A stretch of 64,000 nucleotides of DNA from Xylanibacter ruminicola (GCA_015060625.1 SUYC01000005.1:41270-105269), one strand, 5' to 3'; counted from the stretch's first letter, positions 43,762 to 56,273 are shown. Program-made: numbers and translations. The notes: generated from the letters alone by a model not told the origin.

Positions 43762-45141
43762 ATGTTTCTGGATTTAGACAAAAAGGACAAAACTGCAGTC
43801 GCTGTCATTGATGATAGTGGCCAGTCTATTACCTACGGCGATATTTGTGACTTCTCCAAAAAGTTCCACGAATATCTGCCGATACGTGCGCTGATATTCA
43901 TCCTTTCTGAAAACAGAATAGGCTCGCTATTGGGATATACCTCTGCACTGAGTAACAGAATTGTACCGTTGATTCTGAGTGCTAAGACAGAGAAAGGACT
44001 CTATGAAAATTTGCGGGATATGTATAAGCCTGAATATCTCTGGTTGCCCAATGAAATGGTGGAGGATATGGGGTATGAGACAATATTCTCTGATTTTGGT
44101 TATACATTAGTAAAGACTGGAAATCCTGCTGCGGCCATGTACGAAGATTTGTCTCTATTACTGCCTACGTCAGGCTCTACAGGTAGTCCAAAATTGGTTC
44201 GCCATTCATATCGCAATATTGAGGCAAACGCCTTTAATGTGTTGAGGATGTTTGGTCTGACACCATCGGAGAAGGCTATGGCTATACTGCCGATGCACTA
44301 TACGATGGGCCTTTCCGTGATAGCATCGCATCTTTTGGCAGGCGCGACATTGCTTCTTTCAGGAAGGTCGCTGCTCGACAAAGGCTTCTGGGATATGTTG
44401 AAGGAGGCAACCAGCTTTACAGGTGTTCCCTACAGCTATGAGATCCTGATGAAGATGCGCTTCACCCGTATGGACTTGCCGAATCTGAAGATTATTACAC
44501 AAGGTGGCGGAAAACTGACAGAGGAAATGTTTCAGGCTCTTGCTAAATATGCGCAGGAGAAGGGAAAACAGTTTATTCCTACCTATGGTCAGTCAGAATG
44601 TACTGCACGTATGGCATACCTGCCTGCCGAGCTTGCACTCACTAAGACCTGTAGTATCGGTATGGCAGAGCCAGGTGGTCAGTTGTCTATCATTGATAAC
44701 GACGGGAATGAAACCTTCGAGGGTGTGGCACAAGGCGAAATGGTGTATCGAGGCGAGAATGTAACCCTTGGATATGCCTATAGCATAGATGATTTGCAAA
44801 AAGGTGATGAAAACCATGGCGTAATGCATACAGGTGATCTTGCAAAACGAGATGCAGATGGGTGCTATTACATTGTAGGCAGGCTGAAACGCTTCCTGAA
44901 AATCTTCGGACTCAGGATTGGACTTGACGAGATAGAAGGTCTTATCAAAGAGAGATACGACATCGACTGTTACTGTAAGGGCGATGACGAAAAGCTTATT
45001 GTACTGATTACAAAGGCTGATCTTTCTGATGAGATCATATCATTTATAGAAGAAAAGACACATTTGTTCCATAAGAATATTGAGGTTCAAATCGTGGATG
45101 CTATCCTAAGGAATGAAGCAGGTAAAGTAATTAATCAATAA
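43762..45141 (+). CDS. AMP-binding (adenylate-forming) acyl/aminoacyl ligase
   Basis: TSGSTGSPK, YGQSE, HTGDL, GRLKR...G.RI. Confidence 0.9.
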   Translation: MFLDLDKKDKTAVAVIDDSGQSITYGDICDFSKKFHEYLPIRALIFILSENRIGSLLGYTSALSNRIVPLILSAKTEKGLYENLRDMYKPEYLWLPNEMVEDMGYETIFSDFGYTLVKTGNPAAAMYEDLSLLLPTSGSTGSPKLVRHSYRNIEANAFNVLRMFGLTPSEKAMAILPMHYTMGLSVIASHLLAGATLLLSGRSLLDKGFWDMLKEATSFTGVPYSYEILMKMRFTRMDLPNLKIITQGGGKLTEEMFQALAKYAQEKGKQFIPTYGQSECTARMAYLPAELALTKTCSIGMAEPGGQLSIIDNDGNETFEGVAQGEMVYRGENVTLGYAYSIDDLQKGDENHGVMHTGDLAKRDADGCYYIVGRLKRFLKIFGLRIGLDEIEGLIKERYDIDCYCKGDDEKLIVLITKADLSDEIISFIEEKTHLFHKNIEVQIVDAILRNEAGKVINQ

Positions 45142-45148
45142 AAAGAAT

Positions 45149-45388
45149 ATGACAAATTTGGAAAAATTGAATAACATCTTTGCAGAGGTGTTTAATGTAG
45201 AAGTGTCTGCTCTGAATGCAGATTTTGATAACAAAAGTGTTGAAGGATGGGACAGCGTTCATCAGCTTAGTCTGACAAGTGCTGTCGAGGATGAGTTTGA
45301 CATCATGCTTGATGGTGAGGATATTCTGGGATTTACCTCATACGAGAATGCCAAGGAAATCCTAAAGAAGTATGAAATATCTCTTTAG
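45149..45388 (+). CDS. Second acyl/aminoacyl carrier protein
   Basis: 79 aa with WDSVHQL phosphopantetheine motif. Confidence 0.85.
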   Translation: MTNLEKLNNIFAEVFNVEVSALNADFDNKSVEGWDSVHQLSLTSAVEDEFDIMLDGEDILGFTSYENAKEILKKYEISL

Positions 45389-45444
45389 AGTAAGATTCAT
45401 ATTATTAAGTTGATTACTCCAGATTATTAACCGTATTTTTTATT

Positions 45445-45876
45445 ATGAATTTGAGATCATATTTATGGAAGAAACTTGTAAGGTTCTATCCATGGTATCT
45501 GCGTCGTGTTTATAAAATGGATATAGGAAAGGACGTGTGGGTTTCATGGAAAGCACATCTTGATAAGTCCATAAATCCTCGTGGAATACATATTGGGGAT
45601 AGAACGATTATCGCAAATGGGGCAATGATATTATCACATGATATGTGCCGACGATTAAAAGTGAACACAACAATAGGTAATGATTGTCTCATAGGTGCAA
45701 GATCAATAATTCTTCCCGGAGTGACCATTGGTGATTCGTCTTTAGTAGCTGCGGGGGGGGTAGTTTCTAAAGATGTTCCACCAAATTGTGTCGTGGCAGG
45801 TAACCCTGCTAAAATTGTAAAAACTGGTGTTGTTCTTAAAAAAGGCATTATCATTGAGGCAGGACAAAAGGTATAA
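45445..45876 (+). CDS. Hexapeptide-repeat (LbH) acyltransferase
   Basis: TTIGNDCLIGARSIILPGVTIGDSSLVAAGGVV..DVP...VVAGNPAK. Contains a G8 tract at 45753-45760. Confidence 0.88.
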   Translation: MNLRSYLWKKLVRFYPWYLRRVYKMDIGKDVWVSWKAHLDKSINPRGIHIGDRTIIANGAMILSHDMCRRLKVNTTIGNDCLIGARSIILPGVTIGDSSLVAAGGVVSKDVPPNCVVAGNPAKIVKTGVVLKKGIIIEAGQKV

Positions 45877-45923
45877 ACTGTTGAAACGGGGCTTTGCGAA
45901 GAGCGTAATAATTATATAAGCAA

Positions 45924-46925
45924 ATGATTATGAACAAGATACAATTGATGGGGGGGGTACGAATAGATGCCATAGATATTCTCAAATTCTTAGCAGCCCT
46001 TCTTATTACAAACAGTCACATGAATGGACTGTATCCGCCAAAATTTGAGGCATTAGCAACAGGTGGCGCTTTAGGAGACTCATGTTTCTTTTTTTGTTCT
46101 GGCTTCCTTTTGATACAAAGCCGAGGTGGTGATTTTTTCAATTGGTATAAAAGGAGGGTGAACAGAATCTTCCCGACGTTGTTTGCTATAGCTATTGTAT
46201 CCATCGTGGCTTTCGGTAAGAATCCAGCGTTCAAATCTGTAATCCTATCAGAAAATGCTTGGTTTGTACAAGCCATATTGGTTTTCTATGCCGCATTTTG
46301 GTTCGTAAAACGTTTCCTTTCGGACAAGATGTGGGGAGTAATAACTGCAGTGGGCATAATAAGTCTGATATGGTTCGCTTTCTTTTGGGACAAAAGTGTA
46401 TCGGTTTTCATGGTCGGAACCTATCTGCGTTGGCCATTGTTTTTTTGTGTAATGTTAATAGGTGCTATTACAGCGAAGAATTATCGTCAGGGCATTCAGC
46501 ACAAACTGATGATTTCGTTTTTATTCTTCATACTTTTGATGGGCTTGTTCTATGGATATCAAATCTTGGAGAAGAAAAAAATGATGCTATGCAATTATGA
46601 AATTGTGATAGCTCCCATTCTGTTCTTGGCAGTATATGAGTTGTTCTGGATTTGTTCAAATGAAAGAGTAGTATCTTTTTACCGCAAGAAAGGCATTTAT
46701 GCAGTAGTGTTTTTCATCTCATCATTGTGCTTTGAGATTTACTTGTCACAACATTATCTGTTTCCTATAGGGAAAAGCCTGATTAGACTATTCCCGCTGA
46801 ATATCATTATTTGTTTTGTATTGATAGTCGGTGTGGCTTATATAGTAAAGGTTTTGGGCAACTTTATCAGCCAAACATTTAAGTCGGATAATTACGAATG
46901 GAAGAAAATGGTGAAAATACCCTAA
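45924..46925 (+). CDS. Acyltransferase family 3 membrane O-acyltransferase
   Basis: RIDAIDILKF, FFFCSGF, FEIYLSQ, many TMs. In-frame G8 tract at 45950-45957. Confidence 0.8.
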   Translation: MIMNKIQLMGGVRIDAIDILKFLAALLITNSHMNGLYPPKFEALATGGALGDSCFFFCSGFLLIQSRGGDFFNWYKRRVNRIFPTLFAIAIVSIVAFGKNPAFKSVILSENAWFVQAILVFYAAFWFVKRFLSDKMWGVITAVGIISLIWFAFFWDKSVSVFMVGTYLRWPLFFCVMLIGAITAKNYRQGIQHKLMISFLFFILLMGLFYGYQILEKKKMMLCNYEIVIAPILFLAVYELFWICSNERVVSFYRKKGIYAVVFFISSLCFEIYLSQHYLFPIGKSLIRLFPLNIIICFVLIVGVAYIVKVLGNFISQTFKSDNYEWKKMVKIP

Positions 46926-46945
46926 TTGTAAAAAATAGTAGAGTT

Positions 46946-47560
46946 ATGTATAAACACTTTTTTAAGCGGTTTCTGGATTTCTGGATTTCGTTGATAGCAT
47001 TAATCGTCATATCGCCTATCTTATTAGTGGTGACGATATGGCTGCACTTTGCAAATAAAGGAGCAGGGGCTTTTTTCTTTCAAGAAAGGCCAGGTAGGGA
47101 TGCTAAGATATTCAAAGTGATTAAGTTCAAGACGATGACGGATGAGCGTGGAGCTGACGGACAACTGTTGCCTGATGCACAAAGATTAACAAAGGTCGGA
47201 AAGTTTGTACGCTCTTCATCTTTGGATGAATTACCGCAACTAATCAACGTGTTGAAGGGTGACATGGCTCTTATTGGACCTCGTCCCCTGTTAGTACAAT
47301 ATCTGCCCCTTTATTCAAAAGAGCAGGCTCGTCGCCATGAAGTCCGTCCTGGTATAAGTGGTTGGGCACAGTGTCATGGCAGAAATACCATAAGCTGGAC
47401 AGAAAAGTTCAAATTGGATGTGTGGTATGTTGACCATGTTTCTCTTTGGACTGACATGAAGGTTATTTGGATAACTATTATGAAAGTTCTGAGAAGGGCG
47501 GATGTTAACACTGAGTCGGGTCAATCAGCTACAATGGAGTTGTTTACAGGAATCAACTAA
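46946..47560 (+). CDS. PglC-like initiating phosphoglycosyl transferase
   Basis: KRFLD, FFFQERPG, KFKTM, RSSSLDELPQLINVLKGDMALIGPRP, VRPGISGWAQ. Confidence 0.92.
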   Translation: MYKHFFKRFLDFWISLIALIVISPILLVVTIWLHFANKGAGAFFFQERPGRDAKIFKVIKFKTMTDERGADGQLLPDAQRLTKVGKFVRSSSLDELPQLINVLKGDMALIGPRPLLVQYLPLYSKEQARRHEVRPGISGWAQCHGRNTISWTEKFKLDVWYVDHVSLWTDMKVIWITIMKVLRRADVNTESGQSATMELFTGIN

Positions 47561-47561
47561 T

Positions 47562-48665
47562 ATGAAAGCGCTTCTTGCTATACTATTTCTTTTTGTGAAT
47601 GGCAGTGTAGGCTATGGCCAGTCTAATAAAGAGATAATCCATTTGTTGTTGAACGAGCCTGATGAAGAGTTCGATGTGCTTTTTTGTGACAAAAGCTGGG
47701 AGTCGCATCTGGCTTTTGCCACTATTCTTACTGTAGATAGTGGATATGTAATGTACTACAGAACTTCTAATCTGAAAACGACTCCGCGTCATACCTATTG
47801 CAGAGCGACATCAATAGATGGCATTCATTGGGATAAACCAGACATCTGCCTTTTTGAATATGACGGTTCCAAGGACAATAACATTATATCAAACAGAATA
47901 GAAGGTGTGTCAGTGGATTATGTCAATGGAACCTACTGGATGTTGTCAGATAGAACGTATGATAAGAAGAATAAGGCGCATCGGGAGGTCGTTGCATACA
48001 AAAGTACCGACGGCATCACTTTTGAACGATACGATAAATTTCATGTGCCGTTTTACTGTGACTCACAAAATGAAATCATGTGGGATAGCACAAGCAATAC
48101 GTTTAAGATCTATTTACGTAGTTGGAATAAATCCAGGGGGCGATTGAGGACATATCATCATTCTCATCAGAATTATCGAACCGTTTCCCTGTTGGAGATT
48201 CCGACATTAGATTATAAGTTGCCAGTAGGAGAGAACGCTTCTTTTAAGATGGGGAAAACGAAGCCACCTACAATTTCACAGGAATTGCCTATTGTCATCA
48301 AAAACAATTCAAAGACAGAGGATTTTGATATCTATTGCGCGTATGTGAATAAGTACAGGGAAGATTTGTATATAGCCTACCCGATAAACTATTACCATAC
48401 GGATAATATAAAACGTGGCGGCAAGATAGATAATGACGGCTATGGTACAATCGGCTTTTGGACGAGTAATGACGGTCGACAGTTTGAGGAGATAAAGAGA
48501 GATTATATTACCAACGGTTCCAACTGGATGGAGACATGTATCGGTCACATAGAGACTGAGGAAAAGTTTATCCATTATTATATACCATTCAACAACACAC
48601 ATGCGGAGAAGCATAGGCAAAATACCATCAGGGCCAGAATCCATTACAAGAAAAAACGCCATTAA
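47562..48665 (+). CDS. Secreted protein with Asp-box (BNR) motifs, putative beta-propeller glycosidase
   Basis: Signal peptide MKALLAILFLFVNGSVGYG. Motifs SIDGIHW, STDGITF, SNDGRQF. Confidence 0.6.
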   Translation: MKALLAILFLFVNGSVGYGQSNKEIIHLLLNEPDEEFDVLFCDKSWESHLAFATILTVDSGYVMYYRTSNLKTTPRHTYCRATSIDGIHWDKPDICLFEYDGSKDNNIISNRIEGVSVDYVNGTYWMLSDRTYDKKNKAHREVVAYKSTDGITFERYDKFHVPFYCDSQNEIMWDSTSNTFKIYLRSWNKSRGRLRTYHHSHQNYRTVSLLEIPTLDYKLPVGENASFKMGKTKPPTISQELPIVIKNNSKTEDFDIYCAYVNKYREDLYIAYPINYYHTDNIKRGGKIDNDGYGTIGFWTSNDGRQFEEIKRDYITNGSNWMETCIGHIETEEKFIHYYIPFNNTHAEKHRQNTIRARIHYKKKRH

Positions 48666-48673
48666 GTTGTGCT

Positions 48674-49777
48674 ATGAAAAGGTTGGAAGCTATTGATGCC
48701 ATAATAAGACTGTGTAATGCTGTATTACTAAGGAATGAACCAACTTCGCTGCCTGATTTGTCTGCAAAAGAATGGAATAAGTTGCTGACAATCGCAAGTG
48801 AGCAAGGGGTACTTCCTATCATTGCACCTCTTTTGACCGAGGTGACTTTCGAAGATGAAATGTCACGACTGATGCTGGTGGAATGGATTGTGACGGCAGA
48901 ACAGAATGCGGCACAATATCAGGAGCGTTTGAAAACAATGCAATTCATGGCGAAGATGTTTGCCAATGAAGGTATAGACATTATGTTCTTGAAAGGGGCC
49001 TCATTGGCACAGCTTTATTCCAAACCAGAATGGCGGGTATTCAGTGACATTGACTATTATCTTTATGGTTGGTCGGAGCGGGGTTTAGAGGTAATGGAGC
49101 GGCACGGAATAGAGAATGAGGGCTATTACCATCATCATACGCAAGCAACGCTAAACGGCATACTGCTGGAGAACCATTATGACTTCGTAGAGCGGGTGAA
49201 CCATCGGTGCGATATTGCGCTGGATGATGCGTTGAAGGAGTTGTCTGAGAAAGAGGGGCATTCGCTGAGGGCAACTTTTCTCGGTGACGAAGTCACTAAT
49301 GCGTATGTGATGACACCAACGATGAATGCTCTCTTCCTAATGCGCCATATGTCGGCACATTTCGTAAGCGAAACAATACCTTTGAGAATGCTCTATGATT
49401 GGGTTTTGTTTTTGAAGCATCATGCTACGGATGTGGACTGGCAATTGGTGATAGACCTATATGATAAGTCGGAGATGTCGGAGTTTGCTGGACTTATTCA
49501 GTATCTGCTCAAAACAAAACTTGGTGTCGAGTATGCAGAATGTCCCGTGTTTCTTGTCGATGAAGAAATAGCGGAGAAGCTATGGCTAAGTATCATCAAT
49601 CCGCCAGAACAGGATCCATACAAGAAGTTTAGCTTAAGATACTACATTTTTGAAACAAAAACGTTTTGGAAGAACCGCTGGAAGCATCAGATTGTCTATA
49701 CTGGAGAATCGTATGTTTGGTTGTTTTGCAGATATGCGTTGTTAGGAACCAAGAAAATGCTAGGGGTATTAAAGTAG
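48674..49777 (+). CDS. Uncharacterised nucleotidyltransferase-family protein (NTP_transf_5-like)
   Basis: MFLKGASLAQLY...RVFSDIDY, LLENHY, LRMLYDW. Confidence 0.8.
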   Translation: MKRLEAIDAIIRLCNAVLLRNEPTSLPDLSAKEWNKLLTIASEQGVLPIIAPLLTEVTFEDEMSRLMLVEWIVTAEQNAAQYQERLKTMQFMAKMFANEGIDIMFLKGASLAQLYSKPEWRVFSDIDYYLYGWSERGLEVMERHGIENEGYYHHHTQATLNGILLENHYDFVERVNHRCDIALDDALKELSEKEGHSLRATFLGDEVTNAYVMTPTMNALFLMRHMSAHFVSETIPLRMLYDWVLFLKHHATDVDWQLVIDLYDKSEMSEFAGLIQYLLKTKLGVEYAECPVFLVDEEIAEKLWLSIINPPEQDPYKKFSLRYYIFETKTFWKNRWKHQIVYTGESYVWLFCRYALLGTKKMLGVLK

Positions 49778-49778
49778 C

Positions 49779-50366
49779 ATGGTAAAACTTGTTCATGTTG
49801 TCAACTCGGTTTTTACATCGAAAACATATTTTTTGACACAGGAAGGGAATCCGTCTGTGTGGCTGGTTGATTGTGGAGATGTGCCCCCTATAGTTGATAT
49901 GCTGTCATCAATGGGGGGCACGTTTATTATCAAAGGCGTGCTGTTGACTCATGTACATTATGACCATATATATGGATTGCCGCGATTGACAGAGAAGTTT
50001 CCATCACTGCGGGTTTATACCAATGAGTATGGGAAAAATGCATTGACGGATATTCGTCTGAATTACTCGAAATACCACAATGATCCGATAGAATATGAAT
50101 CGGAGAATGTGGTGACTTGTGATGAAGGGACGATGATTGAACTGTTTGACGGTGTGCAGGCTAAGGTGTACCATACACCAGGACACAATCCTTCGTGCTT
50201 GACCTACGAGGTAGGTGATTATCTGTTTACGGGTGATGCTTATATTCCAGGAATTAAGGTCGTGACGACTTTCAAGGGCGGAGATAAAGTGAGGGCGGCG
50301 GAGAGCGTGGAAAGGATTCTGCAGTTGGCTGAAGGAAAAGTGGTTTGCCCAGGGCATAAGGTATGA
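49779..50366 (+). CDS. Metallo-beta-lactamase-fold hydrolase (glyoxalase II-like)
   Basis: LVDCG, THVHYDH, HTPGH, FTGD, CPGH. Confidence 0.9.
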   Translation: MVKLVHVVNSVFTSKTYFLTQEGNPSVWLVDCGDVPPIVDMLSSMGGTFIIKGVLLTHVHYDHIYGLPRLTEKFPSLRVYTNEYGKNALTDIRLNYSKYHNDPIEYESENVVTCDEGTMIELFDGVQAKVYHTPGHNPSCLTYEVGDYLFTGDAYIPGIKVVTTFKGGDKVRAAESVERILQLAEGKVVCPGHKV

Positions 50367-50411
50367 TTCCTGTATAATAATAACGATAAAGAGAATAAAT
50401 AATAATAAAAT

Positions 50412-51620
50412 ATGTTCAATTTAGACAAGTTTATAAGCGATTCGGTCACATACAGACTGGAGAGCATGTTTAAGGGTGACATCGAGGCAAATGCTGAGAA
50501 GCTCACTCTGGAGATTAAGGGTAAGAAGGTATGTGTGATTGGTGGTGCTGGCTCTATCGGTTCCAGCTTCATCAAGGCGGTGCTGCGGTTTGAGCCGGCA
50601 TCAGTGGTGGTGGTTGACCTGAACGAGAATGGGTTGGCAGAGCTGGTGCGCGATGTGCGCTCAACGAACGGACTGTATGTGCCTGATGAGTTCCGCTGCT
50701 ACACGCTGAACTTTGCTGACCCCATCTTTGAGCGCATCTTCCGTGAGGAGAAGGGATTTGATATTGTGGCGAACTTCTCAGCACACAAGCATGTGCGTTC
50801 GGAGAAAGACCGCTATAGCGTACAAGCGTTGATAGAGAACAATGACATCAAGGCGAAGAAGCTGATGGATTTGTTGACGGTATATCCACCGAAGCACTTC
50901 TTCTGCGTTTCGACGGATAAGGCAGCCAACCCTGTGAACATCATGGGCGCCTCGAAGCGCATCATGGAGGACTTGGTGATGGCGTATAATAAATATTTTA
51001 AGGTGACTACAGCTCGCTTTGCGAATGTGGCATTCAGTAACGGTTCGCTGCCTGACGGATGGATTCATCGCTTGCAGAAGAAGCAGCCGCTGGCTGCACC
51101 AAGTGACGTGAAGCGTTACTTCGTTAGCCCTGAGGAAAGCGGTCAGATTTGTATGCTGGCTTGTATCTTGGGTAATGGGGGAGAGGTGTTCTTCCCGAAG
51201 TTGGGTGAAGACCAGATGTTGACGTTCTCTTCGATTTGCGACAAGTTCGTGACTGCTAATGGGCTGGAGAAAGATCCTTGCTCTTCGGATGATGAGGCCA
51301 AGCGCAAGGCTGCTGCACTGGGATGGGATGACAACAAGTATCCTACGGTGTACTTCGGTTCGGACACGACAGGTGAAAAGGCTTACGAGGAGTTCTATGT
51401 GCCTGGTGAGAAGATTGACATGCAGCGCTTCGCAGCTCTGGGCGTGGTCTGCCAGACCACTCGCCATGAAATGGCAGAGGTGAATGGATTCTTTGATAAA
51501 CTGGAGGATATCTTTGCTAAAGAGAACTTCACCAAGGCTCAGGTGGTAGAGGCGATCAAGGAGTTTATCCCGAATTTCGAGCATGAAGAGAAAGGGAAGA
51601 ATCTGGATCAGAAAATGTAA
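50412..51620 (+). CDS. NDP-GlcNAc 4,6-dehydratase (polysaccharide biosynthesis protein, PglF/LegB role)
   Basis: GGAGSIG, SAHKHVRSEKD, VSTDKAANP, MGASK, RFANVAFSNGSL. Confidence 0.82.
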   Translation: MFNLDKFISDSVTYRLESMFKGDIEANAEKLTLEIKGKKVCVIGGAGSIGSSFIKAVLRFEPASVVVVDLNENGLAELVRDVRSTNGLYVPDEFRCYTLNFADPIFERIFREEKGFDIVANFSAHKHVRSEKDRYSVQALIENNDIKAKKLMDLLTVYPPKHFFCVSTDKAANPVNIMGASKRIMEDLVMAYNKYFKVTTARFANVAFSNGSLPDGWIHRLQKKQPLAAPSDVKRYFVSPEESGQICMLACILGNGGEVFFPKLGEDQMLTFSSICDKFVTANGLEKDPCSSDDEAKRKAAALGWDDNKYPTVYFGSDTTGEKAYEEFYVPGEKIDMQRFAALGVVCQTTRHEMAEVNGFFDKLEDIFAKENFTKAQVVEAIKEFIPNFEHEEKGKNLDQKM

Positions 51621-51624
51621 ATAA

Positions 51625-52029
51625 ATGGTTATCGACAAGAATCTCCTAGACGAGGTGTCAGAGCGGGCGAAATCCTCACCGAGACTCCGTATGAACTACA
51701 ATTTTCATCAGAGTCTCGATGAGAAGTGCCATCGGTTCCTGAATGCAGTAGAGCCAGGAACAGAAGTGCCTATCCACAAGCATCCCACGAAGGATGAGAC
51801 CTTTGTGATTCTCCGTGGAAAGGTGCGGGTGACTACGCATAGGGATGATGGCTCGATTATCGAGGACGTGGTGCTATGTGCTGAAGAAGGCCGATATGGG
51901 GTGAATATTCCGAAAGGGGTGTGGCATACGATTGAGGCGATAGAGCCAGATAATGTGATATTTGAATGTAAGGAGGGACCGTTTGTGGAGCATGAGGTGG
52001 ATGGGATACTGAATGTGGAGAAGAAATGA
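51625..52029 (+). CDS. WbuC-family cupin
   Basis: SPRLRMNYNFH, RFLNAVEPGT..PIHKH, IPKGVWH, FECKEGP. Confidence 0.88.
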   Translation: MVIDKNLLDEVSERAKSSPRLRMNYNFHQSLDEKCHRFLNAVEPGTEVPIHKHPTKDETFVILRGKVRVTTHRDDGSIIEDVVLCAEEGRYGVNIPKGVWHTIEAIEPDNVIFECKEGPFVEHEVDGILNVEKK

Positions 52030-52127
52030 TTAAGGAGATTGTTAAAGGGGTATGGGCGTTTTGTTCATTCCTTTTTGTGCCTCAATGGGGAAAACATAGG
52101 CAATAATATTTATGGAAAAGTATCTTA

Positions 52128-52243
52128 CTAGTGTAACGAGTGTAGCGAGTTTTTACAACTTTCTCTATATAAATATATTCACCTCCAACCAAATGTATTT
52201 CCTTAGTGAAAGTTTGATTTTCTCATTACACTCGTTACACTAG
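52128..52243. repeat. 22-bp imperfect inverted repeat with nonamer-like units directly upstream of the transposase
   Basis: CTAGTGTAACGAGTGTAGCGAG (52128-52149) versus CTCATTACACTCGTTACACTAG (52222-52243), 2 mismatches, 72-bp spacer. Confidence 0.8.
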
Positions 52244-52264
52244 AGAGTTGAAAATAGTTTTTTT

Positions 52265-53041
52265 ATGGCTAGGAAACCGAGAGTGAGGGCACGTTCGGGG
52301 GTGTATCATGTGTTGATGCAGGGTGTGAGGCACCGTGACATCTACATAGATGATGAGGACTACCGGACGTTTGTGGAGATACTGGAGAGGTTGCAAAAGT
52401 CGAAGGATGGTGAGGAGCGCTACTTTACGGTGTATGCGTATTGTTTGCTGCCGGACCACTTTCACCTGCTGCTGAAGGAGGAGGCCGACACGGTGAGTGT
52501 GACGATGGGACGCATTGCGGCGGCCTACGCACATTACTTTAATGATAAATACGACCGCGACGGCGCCATCTACAGGGCGAGATTTGCAAGCGAACCGGTG
52601 GAGAATGAGGAGCGATGGAACACGGTGCTGAGGTACGTCAGTCAGTCGCCGGAGCGCATGAAGGTGTGGGATGCCGAGCACTATCCGTATAGCAGTTGGC
52701 ATGAGTATGCCGGAGAGGAGAGTGAACTACCGCGCATTTGCGAGGTGCCTGCTGGCTATCAGCAACTGTCGAAAGAGGAAATGGTGCGGCTGCTGTCGGC
52801 ACCTGTGCCCCGGCAGGCGGCCTGTCTGGGACCGCGGACGGAGGAGATGCGACGACCCAAGGACGACCAGGTGTTGACGATACTCTACGATATGACTAAA
52901 ACCACCTGTATGATGGAGTTTTTAGGCCTGACAAGGGCAGAGCAACTGAAGGCGCTGGCGGACTTGAGAAAGAAAGGGGCATCGATACGACAACTTGAAA
53001 AACTAACGGGGATAGGCAGGGGCGTGATACAGAACCTGTAA
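52265..53041 (+). mobile_element. Y1 HUH tyrosine transposase, REP-associated (RAYT)-like, with C-terminal HTH
   Basis: YHVLMQG, AYCLLPDHFHLLL (HUH), YAHYFN.KY.R.G, catalytic-Tyr region LRYVSQSP, YPYSSW, C-terminal SIRQLEKLTGIGRGVI. Confidence 0.85.
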
Positions 53042-53127
53042 GAGGATGTTAAAAAATCGGGAGTTTGCTTGGTGTTTTGATGAATTCTTGCTATCTTTGC
53101 ACGGATTATCAAAAAATTCATTAATGA

Positions 53128-56238
<3,111 letters not shown>

Positions 56239-56273
56239 AATGAGCGCTTTTTAAGCGTTTTAAGAGCAAAGTG

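Noticed and set aside
52265-53041. IS200/IS605 element or IS-associated TnpB system
   Set aside because: No tnpB follows, the protein is longer than IS200 TnpA and has a C-terminal HTH, and no right-end hairpin is evident before the lacZ promoter.
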